Of a stretch of DNA of 64,000 bases, positions 1-15,999 are shown piece after piece. The notes under the pieces were generated by a model. The model saw nothing but the letters and a program-made list of their open reading frames with translations, ran no database searches and was not told where the DNA came from. Source of the DNA: Eledone cirrhosa (taxonomy: Eukaryota); contig OZ024741.1 in assembly GCA_964016885.1 (NCBI GenBank), positions 265,980,001 to 266,044,000 on the forward strand. The letters run 5' to 3'. Made by a program: the position numbers and the translations under genes. Within the stretch, counting starts at the first letter, position 1, and each line of letters begins with the position of its first letter.

Positions 1-3000
1 TCACGCACAAACACTCTCTCACACACAAACACTCTCATACACAAACACACTCTCACACCCAAACAATCTCTCACACACAAACACTCTCTCACACACAAAC
101 ACGCTCTCATACACAAACACACTCACACACACAAACACTCTTTCACACATAAACACTCTCTCACACACAAACACTCTCATACACAAACACTCTCTCATAC
201 ACAAACACTCTCTTACACACAAACACTCTCTCACACACAAATACTCTCTCACACACAAACACTCTGTCACACACAAACACCCTCTCTCACACACAAACAC
301 TCTCTCACACACAAATACTCTCTCACATACAAACACTCTCTCACACACAAACACCCTCTCTCACACAAACACTCTCTCACACCCAAACACTCTCTCACAC
401 ACAAACACTCTCTCACACACAAATACTCTCTCACATACAAACACTCTCTCACACACAAACACCCTCTCTCTAACAAACACTCTCTCACTCCCAAACACTC
501 TCTCACACACAAATACTCTCTCACACTCAAACACTCTCACACACAAACACTCTCTCACACACAAACACACTCTCACACACAAACACTCTCACACACACAA
601 ACACTCTCTCACACACAAACACTCTCTCACACACAAATACCTTCTCATACACAAACACTCTCTCATACACAAACACACTCACACACAAACACCCTCTCAC
701 ACACAAACACTCTCTCACACACAAACACTCTCTACACACAAACACTCTCTCACACACAACCACTCTCTCACATACAAACACTCTCTCACACACAAACACT
801 CTCTCACACACAAACACTCTCTCACATACAAACACTCTCTCACACACAAACACTCTCTCACACACAAACACTCTCTCACACAAACACTCTTTCACACACA
901 AAGGCTCTCTCACACACAAACACTCTCTCACACAAACACTCTCTCACACACAAACACTCTCTCACACACATACACTCTCATACACAAACACTCTCACACC
1001 CAAACATTCTCTCACACACAAACACTCTCTCACACACAAACACTCTCTCACACACAACCACTCTCTCACATACAAATGCTCTCTCACACACAAACACTCT
1101 CTCACACACAAACACTCTCTCACACACAAACACTCTCATACACAAACACTCTCACACACAAACTTTCTCTCACACACAAACACTATCTCACACACAAACA
1201 CTCTCTCACACACAAAGACTCTCATACACAAACACTCTCATACACAAACACACTCTCACACACAAACACTCTCTCACACACAAACACTTTCTCACACACA
1301 AACACTCTCTCACACACAAACACTCTCTCACACACAAACACTCTCTCACACACAAACACTCTCTCACACACAAACACACTCTCATACACAAACACTCTCT
1401 CACACACAAACACTCTCATACACAAACACACTCTCAAACCCAAACACTCTCTCACACACAAACACTCTCATACACAAACACTCTCTCACACACAAACACT
1501 CTCTCACACACAAACACTCTCATACACAAACACTGTCACACACAAACTTTCTCTCACACACAAACACTATCTCACACACAAACACTCTCTCACACACAAA
1601 GACTCTCATACACAAACACTCTCATACACAAACACTCTCTCACACACAAACACTCTCTCACACACAAACACTCTCTCACACACAAACACTTTCTCACACA
1701 CAAACACTCTCTCACACACAAACACTCTCTCACACACAAACACTCTCTCACACACAAACACTCTCTCACACACAAACACACTCTCATACACAAACACTCT
1801 CTCATACACAAACACTCTCTCACACACAAACACTTTCTCACACACAAACACACTCTCACACACAAACACTCTCTCACACACAAACACTCTCTGACACACA
1901 AACACTCTCTCACACACAAACACTCTCATACACAAACACACTCTCACACCAAAACACTATCTCACACACAGACACTCTCTCATACACAAACACTCTCATA
2001 CACAAACACTCTCTGACACACAAACACTCTCTCACACACAAACACTCTCATACACAAACACACTCTCAAACCCAAACACTCTCTCACACACAAACACTCT
2101 CATACACAAACACTCTCTCACACACAAACACTCTCTCACACACAAACACTCTCACACACAAACACACTCTCACACCCAAACACTCTCTCACACACAGACA
2201 CTCTCTCATACACAAACACTCTCTCACACACAAACACTCTCTCACACACAAACACTCTCTCACACACAAACACTCTCTCACACACAAACACTCTCACACA
2301 CAAACACTTTCTCACGCACAAACATTTTCTCACACACAAACACTCTCACACACAAACACTCTCTCTCACACAAACACTCTCTCACACACAAACACTCTCA
2401 GACACAAACACTCTCTCTCACACAAACACTCTCTCACACACAAACACTCTCATACCCAAACACACTCACACACACAAACACTTTCTCACACACAAACACT
2501 CTCTCACACACAAACACTCTCTCACACACAAACACTCTCATACACAAACACTCTCTCACACACAAACACTCTCTCACACACAAACACTCTCACACCCAAA
2601 CATTCTCTCACACACAAACACTTTCTCACACAAAAACACTATCTCACACACAAACACTCTCTCACACACACACTCTCTCAAACACAAACACTCTCTCACA
2701 CACAAACACTCTCTCACACACAAACACTCTCTCACACACAAACACTCTCATACACAAACCCACTCTCACACCCAAACACTCTCTCACACTCAAACATTCT
2801 CTCACGAACAAACACTCTCTACACACAAACACTCTCTCACACACAAACACTCTCTCACACACAAATACTCTCTCACATACAAACACTCTCTCACACCCAA
2901 ACAATCTCTCACACACAAACACTCTCTCATACACAAACACGCTCTCATACACAAACACACTCTCACACACAAACAATCTCTCACACACAAACACTCTAAT

Positions 3001-6000
3001 ATACAAACACTCTCTCATACACAAACAGTCTCTCACACACAAACACTCTCTCACACACAAACACTCTCTCACACACAAATACTCTCTCACACCCAAACAC
3101 TCTCTCACACACAAACACTCTCTCACACACAAACACTCTCTCATACACAAACACTCTCTCACACCCAAACACTCTCTCACACACAAATACTCTCTCACAC
3201 ACAAACACTCTCACACACGAACACTCTCTCACACACAAACACTCTCTCACACACAAACACTCTCTCACACACAAACACTCTCTCACACACAACACACTCT
3301 CACACACAAGCACCCTCACACACACAAACACACTCTCACACACAAACACTCTCACACATACAAACACTCTCTCACACACAAACACTCTCTCACACACAAA
3401 CACACTCTCACACACAAACACCCTCTCACACACAAACACTCTCACACACACAAACACACTCTCACACACAAACACTCTCTCACACACAAACACTCTCTCA
3501 CACACAAACACACTCTCACACACAAACACTCTCTCACACACAAACACTCTCTCACACACAAACACACTCTCACACACAAACACCATCTCACACACAAACA
3601 CTCTCACACACACAAAGACACTCACACACAAACACCCTCTCACACACAAACACTCTCTCACACACAAACACTCTCTACACACAAATACTCTCTCACACAC
3701 AAACACTCTCTCACATACAAACACTCTCTCACACACAAAAACTCTCTCACACTCAAACACTCTCTCACATACAAACACTCTCTCACACACAAACACTTAC
3801 TCGCACACAAACAATCTCTCACACACAAACATTCTCATACACAAACACTCTCTCACACATAAACACTCTCTCATACACAAACACTCTCACACACAAACAC
3901 TCTCTCACACACAAACACTCTCATTCACAAACACTCTCTCACACACAAACACTCTCACACACAAACACTCTCTCACACACAAACACTCTCTCACACACAA
4001 ACACTCTCTCACACACAAACACTATCTCACACACAAACACTCTCTCACACACAAACACTCTCACACACAAACACTCTCTCTCACACAAACACTCTCTCAC
4101 ACACAAACACTCTCATACCCAAACACACTCTCACACACAAACACTCACTCACACACAAACACTCTCTCACACACAAACTCTCTCTCACACACAAACACTC
4201 TCATACACAAACACTCTCTCACACAAACAATTTCTCACACACAAACACTATCTCACACACAAACACTCTCTCACACACACACTCTCTCAAACACAAACAC
4301 TCTCTCACACACAAACACTCTCTCACACACAAACACTCTCTCACACACAAACACTCTCATACACAATTCCACTCTCACACCCAAACACTCTCTAACACTC
4401 AAACATTCTCTCACACACAAACACTCTCTAGACACAAACACTCTCTCACACACAAACACTCACTCACACAAATACTCTCTCACATACAAACACTCTTTCA
4501 CACACAAACACCCTCTCTGACACAAACACTCTCTCACATACAAACACTCTCTGATACACAACACTCTCTCACGCACAAACACTCTCATACACAAACACAC
4601 TCTCACACCCAAACAATCTCTCACACACAAACACTCTCTCACACACAAACACGCTCTCATACACAAACACACTCACACACACAAACACTCTTTCACACAT
4701 AAACACTCTCTCACACACAAACACTCTCATACACAAACACTCTCTCATACACAAACACTCTCTCACACACAAACACTCTCTCACACACAAATACTCTCTC
4801 ACACACAAACACTCTGTCACACACAAACACCCTCTCTCACACACAAACACTCTCTCACACACAAATACTCTCTCACATACAAACACTCTCTCACACAAAA
4901 ACACCCTCTCTCACACAAACACTCTCTCACACCCAAACACTCTCACACACAAGCACCCTCACACACACAAACACACTCTCACACACAAACACTCTCACAC
5001 ATACAAACACTCTCTCACACACAAACACTCTCTCACACACAAACACACTCTCACACACAAACACCCTCTCACACACAAACACTCTCACACACACAAACAC
5101 ACTCTCACACACAAACACTCTCTCACACACAAACACTCTCTCACACACAAACACACTCTCACACACAAACACTCTCTCACACACAAACACTCTCTCACAC
5201 ACAAACACACTCTCACACACAAACACCATCTCACACACAAACACTCTCACACACACAAAGACACTCACACACAAACACCCTCTCACACACAAACACTCTC
5301 TCACACACAAACACTCTCTACACACATATACTCTCTCACACACAAACACTCTCTCACATACAAACACTCTCTCACACACAAAAACTCTCTCACACTCAAA
5401 CACTCTCTCACATACAAACACTCTCTCACACACAAACACTTACTCGCACACAAACAATCTCTCACACACAAACATTCTCATACACAAACACTCTCTCACA
5501 CATAAACACTCTCTCATACACAAACACTCTCACACACAAACACTCTCTCACACACAAACACTCTCATTCACAAACACTCTCTCACACACAAACACTCTCA
5601 CACACAAACACTCTCTCACACACAAACACTCTCTCACACACAAACACTCTCTCACACACAAACACTATCTCACACACAAACACTCTCTCACACACAAACA
5701 CTCTCACACACAAACACTCTCTCTCACACAAACACTCTCTCACACACAAACACTCTCATACCCAAACACACTCTCACACACAAACACTCTCTCACACACA
5801 AACACTCTCTCACACACAAACTCTCTCTCACACACAAACACTCTCATACACAAACACTCTCTCACACAAACAATTTCTCACACACAAACACTATCTCACA
5901 CACAAACACTCTCTCACACACACACTCTCTCAAACACAAACACTCTCTCACACACAAACACTCTCTCACACACAAACACTCTCTCACACACAAACACTCT

Positions 6001-9000
6001 CATACACAAATCCACTCTCACACCCAAACACTCTCTAACACTCAAACATTCTCTCACACACAAACACTCTCTAGACACAAACACTCTCTCACACACAAAC
6101 ACTCTCTCACACAAATACTCTCTCACATACAAACACTCTCTCACACACAAACACCCTCTCTGACACAAACACTCTCTCACATACAAACACTCTCTGATAC
6201 ACAACACTCTCTCACGCACAAACACTCTCTCACACACAAACACTCTCATACACAAACACACTCTCACACCCAAACAATCTCTCACACACAAACACTCTCT
6301 CACACACAAACACGCTCTCATACACAAACACACTCACACACACAAACACTCTTTCACACATAAACACTCTCTCACACACAAACACTCTCATACACAAACA
6401 CTCTCTCATACACAAACACTCTCTCACACACAAACACTCTCTCACACACAAATACTCTCTCACACACAAACACTCTGTCACACACAAACACCCTCTCTCA
6501 CACACAAACACTCTCTCACACACAAATACTCTCTCACATACAAACACTCTCTCACACACAAACACCCTCTCTCACACAAACACTCTCTCACACCCAAACA
6601 CTCTCTCACACACAAACACTCTCTCACACACAAATACTCTCTCACATACAAACACTCTCTCACACACAAACACCCTCTCTCTAACAAACACTCTCTCACT
6701 CCCAAACACTCTCTCACACACAAATACTCTCTCACACTCAAACACTCTCACACACAAACACTCTCTCACACACAAACACACTCTCACACACAAACAATCT
6801 CACACACACAAACACTCTCTCACACACAAACACTCTCTCACACACAAATACCTTCTCATACACAAACACTCTCTCATACACAAACACACTCACACACAAA
6901 CACCCTCTCACACACAAACACTCTCTCACACACAAACACTCTCTACACACAAACACTCTCTCACACACAACCACTCTCTCACATACAAACACTCTCTCAC
7001 ACACAAACACTCTCTCACACACAAACACTCTCTCACATACAAACACTCTCTCACACACAAACACTCTCTCACACACAAACACTCTCTCACACAAACACTC
7101 TTTCACACACAAAGGCTCTCTCACACACAAACACTCTCTCACACAAACACTCTCTCACACACAAACACTCTCTCACACACATACACTCTCATACACAAAC
7201 ACTCTCACACCCAAACATTCTCTCACACACAAACACTCTCTCACACACAAACACTCTCTCACACACAACCACTCTCTCACATACAAATGCTCTCTCACAC
7301 ACAAACACTCTCTCACACACAAACACTCTCTCACACACAAACACTCTCATACACAAACACTCTCACACACAAACTTTCTCTCACACACAAACACTATCTC
7401 ACACACAAACACTCTCTCACACACAAAGACTCTCATACACAAACACTCTCATACACAAACACACTCTCACACACAAACACTCTCTCACACACAAACACTC
7501 TCTCACACACAAACACTTTCTCACACACAAACACTCTCTCACACACAAACACTCTCTCACACACAAACACTCTCTCACACACAAACACTCTCTCACACAC
7601 AAACACACTCTCATACACAAACACTCTCTCACACACAAACACTCTCATACACAAACACACTCTCAAACCCAAACACTCTCTCACACACAAACACTCTCAT
7701 ACACAAACACTCTCTCACACACAAACACTCTCTCACACACAAACACTCTCATACGCAAACACTGTCACACACAAACTTTCTCTCACACACAAACACTATC
7801 TCACACACAAACACTCTCTCACACACAAAGACTCTCATACACAAACACTCTCATACACAAACACTCTCTCACACACAAACACTCTCTCACACACAAACAC
7901 TCTCTCACACACAAACACTTTCTCACACACAAACACTCTCTCACACACAAACACTCTCTCACACACAAACACTCTCTCACACACAAACACTCTCTCACAC
8001 ACAAACACACTCTCATACACAAACACTCTCTCATACACAAACACTCTCTCACACACAAACACTTTCTCACACACAAACACACTCTCACACACAAACACTC
8101 TCTCACACACAAACACTCTCTGACACACAAACACTCTCTCACACACAAACACTCTCATACACAAACACACTCTCACACCAAAACACTATCTCACACACAG
8201 ACACTCTCTCATACACAAACACTCTCATACACAAACACTCTCTGACACACAAACACTCTCTCACACACAAACACTCTCATACACAAACACACTCTCAAAC
8301 CCAAACACTCTCTCACACACAAACACTCTCATACACAAACACTCTCTCACACACAAACACTCTCTCACACACAAACACTCTCACACACAAACACACTCTC
8401 ACACCCAAACACTCTCTCACACACAGACACTCTCTCATACACAAACACTCTCTCACACACAAACACTCTCTCACACACAAACACTCTCTCACACACAAAC
8501 ACTCTCTCACACACAAACACTCTCACACACAAACACTTTCTCACGCACAAACATTTTCTCACACACAAACACTCTCACACACAAACACTCTCTCTCACAC
8601 AAACACTCTCTCACACACAAACACTCTCAGACACAAACACTCTCTCTCACACAAACACTCTCTCACACACAAACACTCTCATACCCAAACACACTCACAC
8701 ACACAAACACTTTCTCACACACAAACACTCTCTCACACACAAACACTCTCTCACACACAAACACTCTCATACACAAACACTCTCTCACACACAAACACTC
8801 TCTCACACACAAACACTCTCACACCCAAACATTCTCTCACACACAAACACTTTCTCACACAAAAACACTATCTCACACACAAACACTCTCTCACACACAC
8901 ACTCTCTCAAACACAAACACTCTCTCACACACAAACACTCTCTCACACACAAACACTCTCTCACACACAAACACTCTCATACACAAACCCACTCTCACAC

Positions 9001-12000
9001 CCAAACACTCTCTCACACTCAAACATTCTCTCACGAACAAACACTCTCTACACACAAACACTCTCTCACACACAAACACTCTCTCACACACAAATACTCT
9101 CTCACATACAAACACTCTCTCACACCCAAACAATCTCTCACACACAAACACTCTCTCATACACAAACACGCTCTCATACACAAACACACTCTCACACACA
9201 AACAATCTCTCACACACAAACACTCTAATATACAAACACTCTCTCATACACAAACAGTCTCTCACACACAAACACTCTCTCACACACAAACACTCTCTCA
9301 CACACAAATACTCTCTCACACCCAAACACTCTCTCACACACAAACACTCTCTCACACACAAACACTCTCTCATACACAAACACTCTCTCACACCCAAACA
9401 CTCTCTCACACACAAATACTCTCTCACACACAAACACTCTCACACACGAACACTCTCTCACACACAAACACTCTCTCACACACAAACACTCTCTCACACA
9501 CAAACACTCTCTCACACACAAACACACTCTCACACACAAGCACCCTCACACACACAAACACACTCTCACACACAAACACTCTCACACATACAAACACTCT
9601 CTCACACACAAACACTCTCTCACACACAAACACACTCTCACACACAAACACCCTCTCACACACAAACACTCTCACACACACAAACACACTCTCACACACA
9701 AACACTCTCTCACACACAAACACTCTCTCACACACAAACACACTCTCACACACAAACACTCTCTCACACACAAACACTCTCTCACACACAAACACACTCT
9801 CACACACAAACACCATCTCACACACAAACACTCTCACACACACAAAGACACTCACACACAAACACCCTCTCACACACAAACACTCTCTCACACACAAACA
9901 CTCTCTACACACAAATACTCTCTCACACACAAACACTCTCTCACATACAAACACTCTCTCACACACAAAAACTCTCTCACACTCAAACACTCTCTCACAT
10001 ACAAACACTCTCTCACACACAAACACTTACTCGCACACAAACAATCTCTCACACACAAACATTCTCATACACAAACACTCTCTCACACATAAACACTCTC
10101 TCATACACAAACACTCTCACACACAAACACTCTCTCACACACAAACACTCTCATTCACAAACACTCTCTCACACACAAACACTCTCACACACAAACACTC
10201 TCTCACACACAAACACTCTCTCACACACAAACACTCTCTCACACACAAACACTATCTCACACACAAACACTCTCTCACACACAAACACTCTCACACACAA
10301 ACACTCTCTCTCACACAAACACTCTCTCACACACAAACACTCTCATACCCAAACACACTCTCACACACAAACACTCTCTCACACACAAACACTCTCTCAC
10401 ACACAAACTCTCTCTCACACACAAACACTCTCATACACAAACACTCTCTCACACAAACAATTTCTCACACACAAACACTATCTCACACACAAACACTCTC
10501 TCACACACACACTCTCTCAAACACAAACACTCTCTCACACACAAACACTCTCTCACACACAAACACTCTCTCACACACAAACACTCTCATACACAAATCC
10601 ACTCTCACACCCAAACACTCTCTAACACTCAAACATTCTCTCACACACAAACACTCTCTAGACACAAACACTCTCTCACACACAAACACTCACTCACACA
10701 AATACTCTCTCACATACAAACACTCTTTCACACACAAACACCCTCTCTGACACAAACACTCTCTCACATACAAACACTCTCTGATACACAACACTCTCTC
10801 ACGCACAAACACTCTCATACACAAACACACTCTCACACCCAAACAATCTCTCACACACAAACACTCTCTCACACACAAACACGCTCTCATACACAAACAC
10901 ACTCACACACACAAACACTCTTTCACACATAAACACTCTCTCACACACAAACACTCTCATACACAAACACTCTCTCATACACAAACACTCTCTCACACAC
11001 AAACACTCTCTCACACACAAATACTCTCTCACACACAAACACTCTGTCACACACAAACACCCTCTCTCACACACAAACACTCTCTCACACACAAATACTC
11101 TCTCACATACAAACACTCTCTCACACACAAACACCCTCTCTCACACAAACACTCTCTCACACCCAAACACTCTCTCACACACAAACACTCTCTCACACAC
11201 AAATACTCTCTCACATACAAACACTCTCTCACACACAAACACCCTCTCTCTCACAAACACTCTCTCACACCCAAACACTCTCTCACACACAAATACTCTC
11301 TCACACTCAAACACTCTCACACACAAACACTCTCTCACACACAAACACACTCTCACACACAAACACTCTCACACACACAAACACTCTCTCACACACAAAC
11401 ACTCTCTCACACACAAATACCTTCTCATACACAAACACTCTCTCATACACAAACACACTCACACACAAACACCCTCTCACACACAAACACTCTCTCACAC
11501 ACAAACACTCTCTACACACAAACACTCTCTCACACACAACCACTCTCTCACATACAAACACTCTCTCACACATAAACACTCTCTCACACACAAACACTCT
11601 CTCACATACAAACACTCTCTCACACACAAACACTCTCTCACACACAAACACTCTCTCACACAAACACTCTTTCACACACAAAGGCTCTCTCACACACAAA
11701 CACTCTCTCACACAAACACTCTCTCACACACAAACACTCTCTCACACACATACACTCTCATACACAAACACTCTCACACCCAAACATTCTCTCACACACA
11801 AACACTCTCTCACACACAAACACTCTCTCACACACAACCACTCTCTCACATACAAATGCTCTCTCACACACAAACACTCTCTCACACACAAACACTCTCT
11901 CACACACAAACACTCTCATACACAAACACTCTCACACACAAACTTTCTCTCACACACAAACACTATCTCACACACAAACACTCTCTCACACACAAAGACT

Positions 12001-12300
12001 CTCATACACAAACACTCTCATACACAAACACTCTCTCACACACAAACACTCTCTCATACACAAACACTCTCTCACACACAAACACTTTCTCACACACAAA
12101 CACTCTCTCACACACAAACACTCTCTCACACACAAACACTCTCTCACACACAAACACTCTCTCACACACAAACACACTCTCATACACAAACACTCTCTCA
12201 CACACAAACACTCTCATACACAAACACACTCTCAAACCCAAACACTCTCTCACACACAAACACTCTCATACACAAACACTCTCTCATACACAAACACTCT
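1..12300 (+). repeat. Higher-order repeat with ~4.57-kb base period; first visible unit expanded to ~6.21 kb
   Basis: Rare markers AAAGGCTCTCT (~901, ~7112, ~11681) and AAATGCT (ORF starts 1076, 7287, 11856) recur at spacings of 6211 and 4569. Near-identical ORF-track pairs: 1590/7819, 2662/8891, 4271/10501, 4569/10799. Boundaries approximate. Confidence 0.9.
3290..6590 (+). repeat. ~1.64-kb tandem duplication inside the first higher-order unit
   Basis: Markers AAGCACCCTC, CACCATCTC, AAAGACACTC, CTTACTCGC, CTAGACAC and CTGATACAC occur twice in the same order. ORF coordinates 3796/5439 and 4271/5914 differ by 1643, and 4569+1643 is about 6211. Confidence 0.88.
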
Positions 12301-15300
12301 CTCACACACAAACACTCTCTCACACACAAACACTCTCATACACAAACACACTCTCACAACCAAACACTCTCTCACACACAGACACTCTCTCATACACAAA
12401 CACTCTCATACACAAACACTCTCTGACACACAATCACTCTCTCACACACAAACAATCTCATACACAAACACTCTCTCATACACAAACACACTCTCACACC
12501 CAAACACTCTCTCACACACAGACACTCTCTCATACACAAACACTCTCATACACAAACACTCTCTGACACACAAACACTCTCTCACACACAAACACTCTCT
12601 CACACACAAACACTCTCTCAAACACAAACACTCTCATACACAAACACTCTCACACACAAACTTTCTCTCACACACAAACACTATCTCACACACAAACACT
12701 CTCTCACACACAAACACTCTCATACACAAACACTCTCATACACAAACACTCTCTCACACACAAACACTCTCTCACAGTAAAACACTCTCTCACACACAAA
12801 CACTTTCTCACACACAAACACTCTCTCACACACAAACACTCTCTCACACACAAACACTCTCTCACACACAAACACTCTCTCACACACAAACACACTCTCA
12901 TACACAAACACTATCTCACACACAAACACTCTCATACACAAACACACTCTCAAACCCAAACACTCTCTCACACACAAACACTCTCATACACAAACACTCT
13001 CTCATACACAAACACTCTCTCACACACAAACACTTTCTCACACACAAACACACTCTCATACACAAACACTCTCATACACAAACACTCTTCTCACACACAA
13101 ACACTCTCATACACAAACACACTCTCATACACAAACACTCTTCTCACACCCAAACACTCTCTCACACACAGACACTCTCTCATACACAAACACTCTCATA
13201 CACAAACACTCTCTGACACACAAACACTCTCTCACACACAAACACTCTCATACACAAACACTCTCTCATACACAAACACTCTCTCACACACAAACACTTT
13301 CTCACACACAAACACACTCTCACACACAAACACTCTCTCACACACAAACACTCTCTCACACACAAACACTCTCTCACACACAAACACTCTCACACACAAA
13401 CACACTCTCACACCCAAACACTCTCTCACACACAGACACTCTCTCACACACAAACACTCTCTCACACACAAACACTATCTCACACACAAACACTCTCTCA
13501 CACACAAACACTCTCACACACAAACACTCTCTCTCACACAAACACTCTCTCACACACAAACACTCTCATACCCAAACACACTCTCACACACAAACACTCT
13601 CTCACACACAAACACTCTCTCACACACAAACTCTCTCTCACACACAAACACTCTCATACACAAACACTCTCTCACACAAACAATTTCTCACACACAAACA
13701 CTATCTCACACACAAACACTCTCTCACACACACACTCTCTCAAACACAAACACTCTCTCACACACAAACACTCTCTCACACACAAACACTCTCTCACACA
13801 CAAACACTCTCATACACAAATCCACTCTCACACCCAAACACTCTCTAACACTCAAACATTCTCTCACACACAAACACTCTCTAGACACAAACACTCTGTC
13901 ACACACAAACACTCTCTCACACAAATACTCTCTCACATACAAACACTCTCTCACACACAAACACCCTCTCTGACACAAACACTCTCTCACATACAAACAC
14001 TCTCTGATACACAACACTCTCTCACGCACAAACACTCTCTCACACACAAACACTCTCATACACAAACACACTCTCACACCCAAACAATCTCTCACACACA
14101 AACACTCTCTCACACACAAACACGCTCTCATACACAAACACACTCTCACACACAAACACTCTTTCACACATAAACACTCTCTCACACACAAACACTCTCA
14201 TACACAAACACTCTCTCATACACAAACACTCTCTCACACACAAACACTCTCTCACACACAAATACTCTCTCACACACAAACACTCTGTCACACACAAACA
14301 CCCTCTCTCACACACAAACACTCTCTCACACACAAATACTCTCTCACATACAAACACTCTCTCACACACAAACACCCTCTCTCACACAAACACTCTCTCA
14401 CACCCAAACACTCTCTCACACACAAATACTCTCTCACATACAAACACTCTCTCACACACAAACACCCTCTCTCACAAACACTCTCTCACACCCAAACACT
14501 CTCTCACATACAAATACTCTCTCACACTCAAACACTCTCACACACAAACACTCTCTCACACACAAACACACTCTCACACACAAACACTCTCACACACACA
14601 AACACTCTCTCACACACAAACACTCTCTCACACACAAATACCTTCTCATACACAAACACCCTCTCACACACAAACACTCTCTCACACACAAACACTCTCT
14701 ACACACAAACACTCTCTCACACACAACCACTCTCTCACATACAAACACTCTCTCACACACAAACACTCTCTCATACACAAACACTCTCTCACATACAAAC
14801 AATCTCTCACACACAAACACTCTCTCACACACAAACACTCTCTCACACAAACACTCTTTCACACACAAAGGCTCTCTCACACACAAACACTCTCTCACAC
14901 AAACACTCTCTCACACACAAACACTCTCTCACACACATACACTCTCATACACAAACACTCTCACACCCAAACATTCTCTCACACACAAACACTCTCTCAC
15001 ACACAAACACTCTCTCACACACAACCACTCTCTCACATACAAATGCTCTCTCACACACAAACACTCTCTCACACACAAACACTCTCTCACACACAAACAC
15101 TCTCATACACAAACACTCTCACACCCAAACATTCTCTCACACACAAACACTCTCTCACACACAAACACTCTCATACACGAACACTCTCATACACAAACAC
15201 TCTCTCACACACAAACACTATCTCACACACAAACACTCTCTCACACACAAAGACTCTCATACACAAACACTCTCATACACAAACACTCTCTCACACACAA

Positions 15301-15999
15301 ACACTCTCTCACACACAAACACTCTCTCACACACAAACACTTTCTCACACACAAACACTCTCTCCAACACAAACACTCTCTCACACACAAACACTCTCTC
15401 ACACACAAACACTCTCTCACACACAAACACACTCTCATACACAAACACTCTCTCACACACAAATACTCTCATACACAAACACACTCTCAAACCCAAACAC
15501 TCTCTCACACACAAAAACTCTCATACACAAACACTCTCTCATACACAAACACTCTCTCACACACAAACACTCTCTCACACACAAACACTCTCTCACACAC
15601 AAACACTCTCTCACACACAAACACTCTCACACACAAACACACTCTCACACCCAAACACTCTCTCACACACAGACACTCTCTCACACACAAACACTCTCTC
15701 ACACACAAACACTATCTCACACACAAACACTCTCTCACACACAAACACTCTCACACACAAACACTCTCTCTCACACAAACACTCTCTCACACACAAACAC
15801 TCTCATACCCAAACACACTCTCACACACAAACACTCTCTCACACACAAACACTCTCTCACACACAAACTCTCTCTCACACACAAACACTCTCATACACAA
15901 ACACTCTCTCACACAAACAATTTCTCACACACAAACACTATCTCACACACAAACACTCTCTCACACACACACTCTCTCAAACACAAACACTCTCTCACA

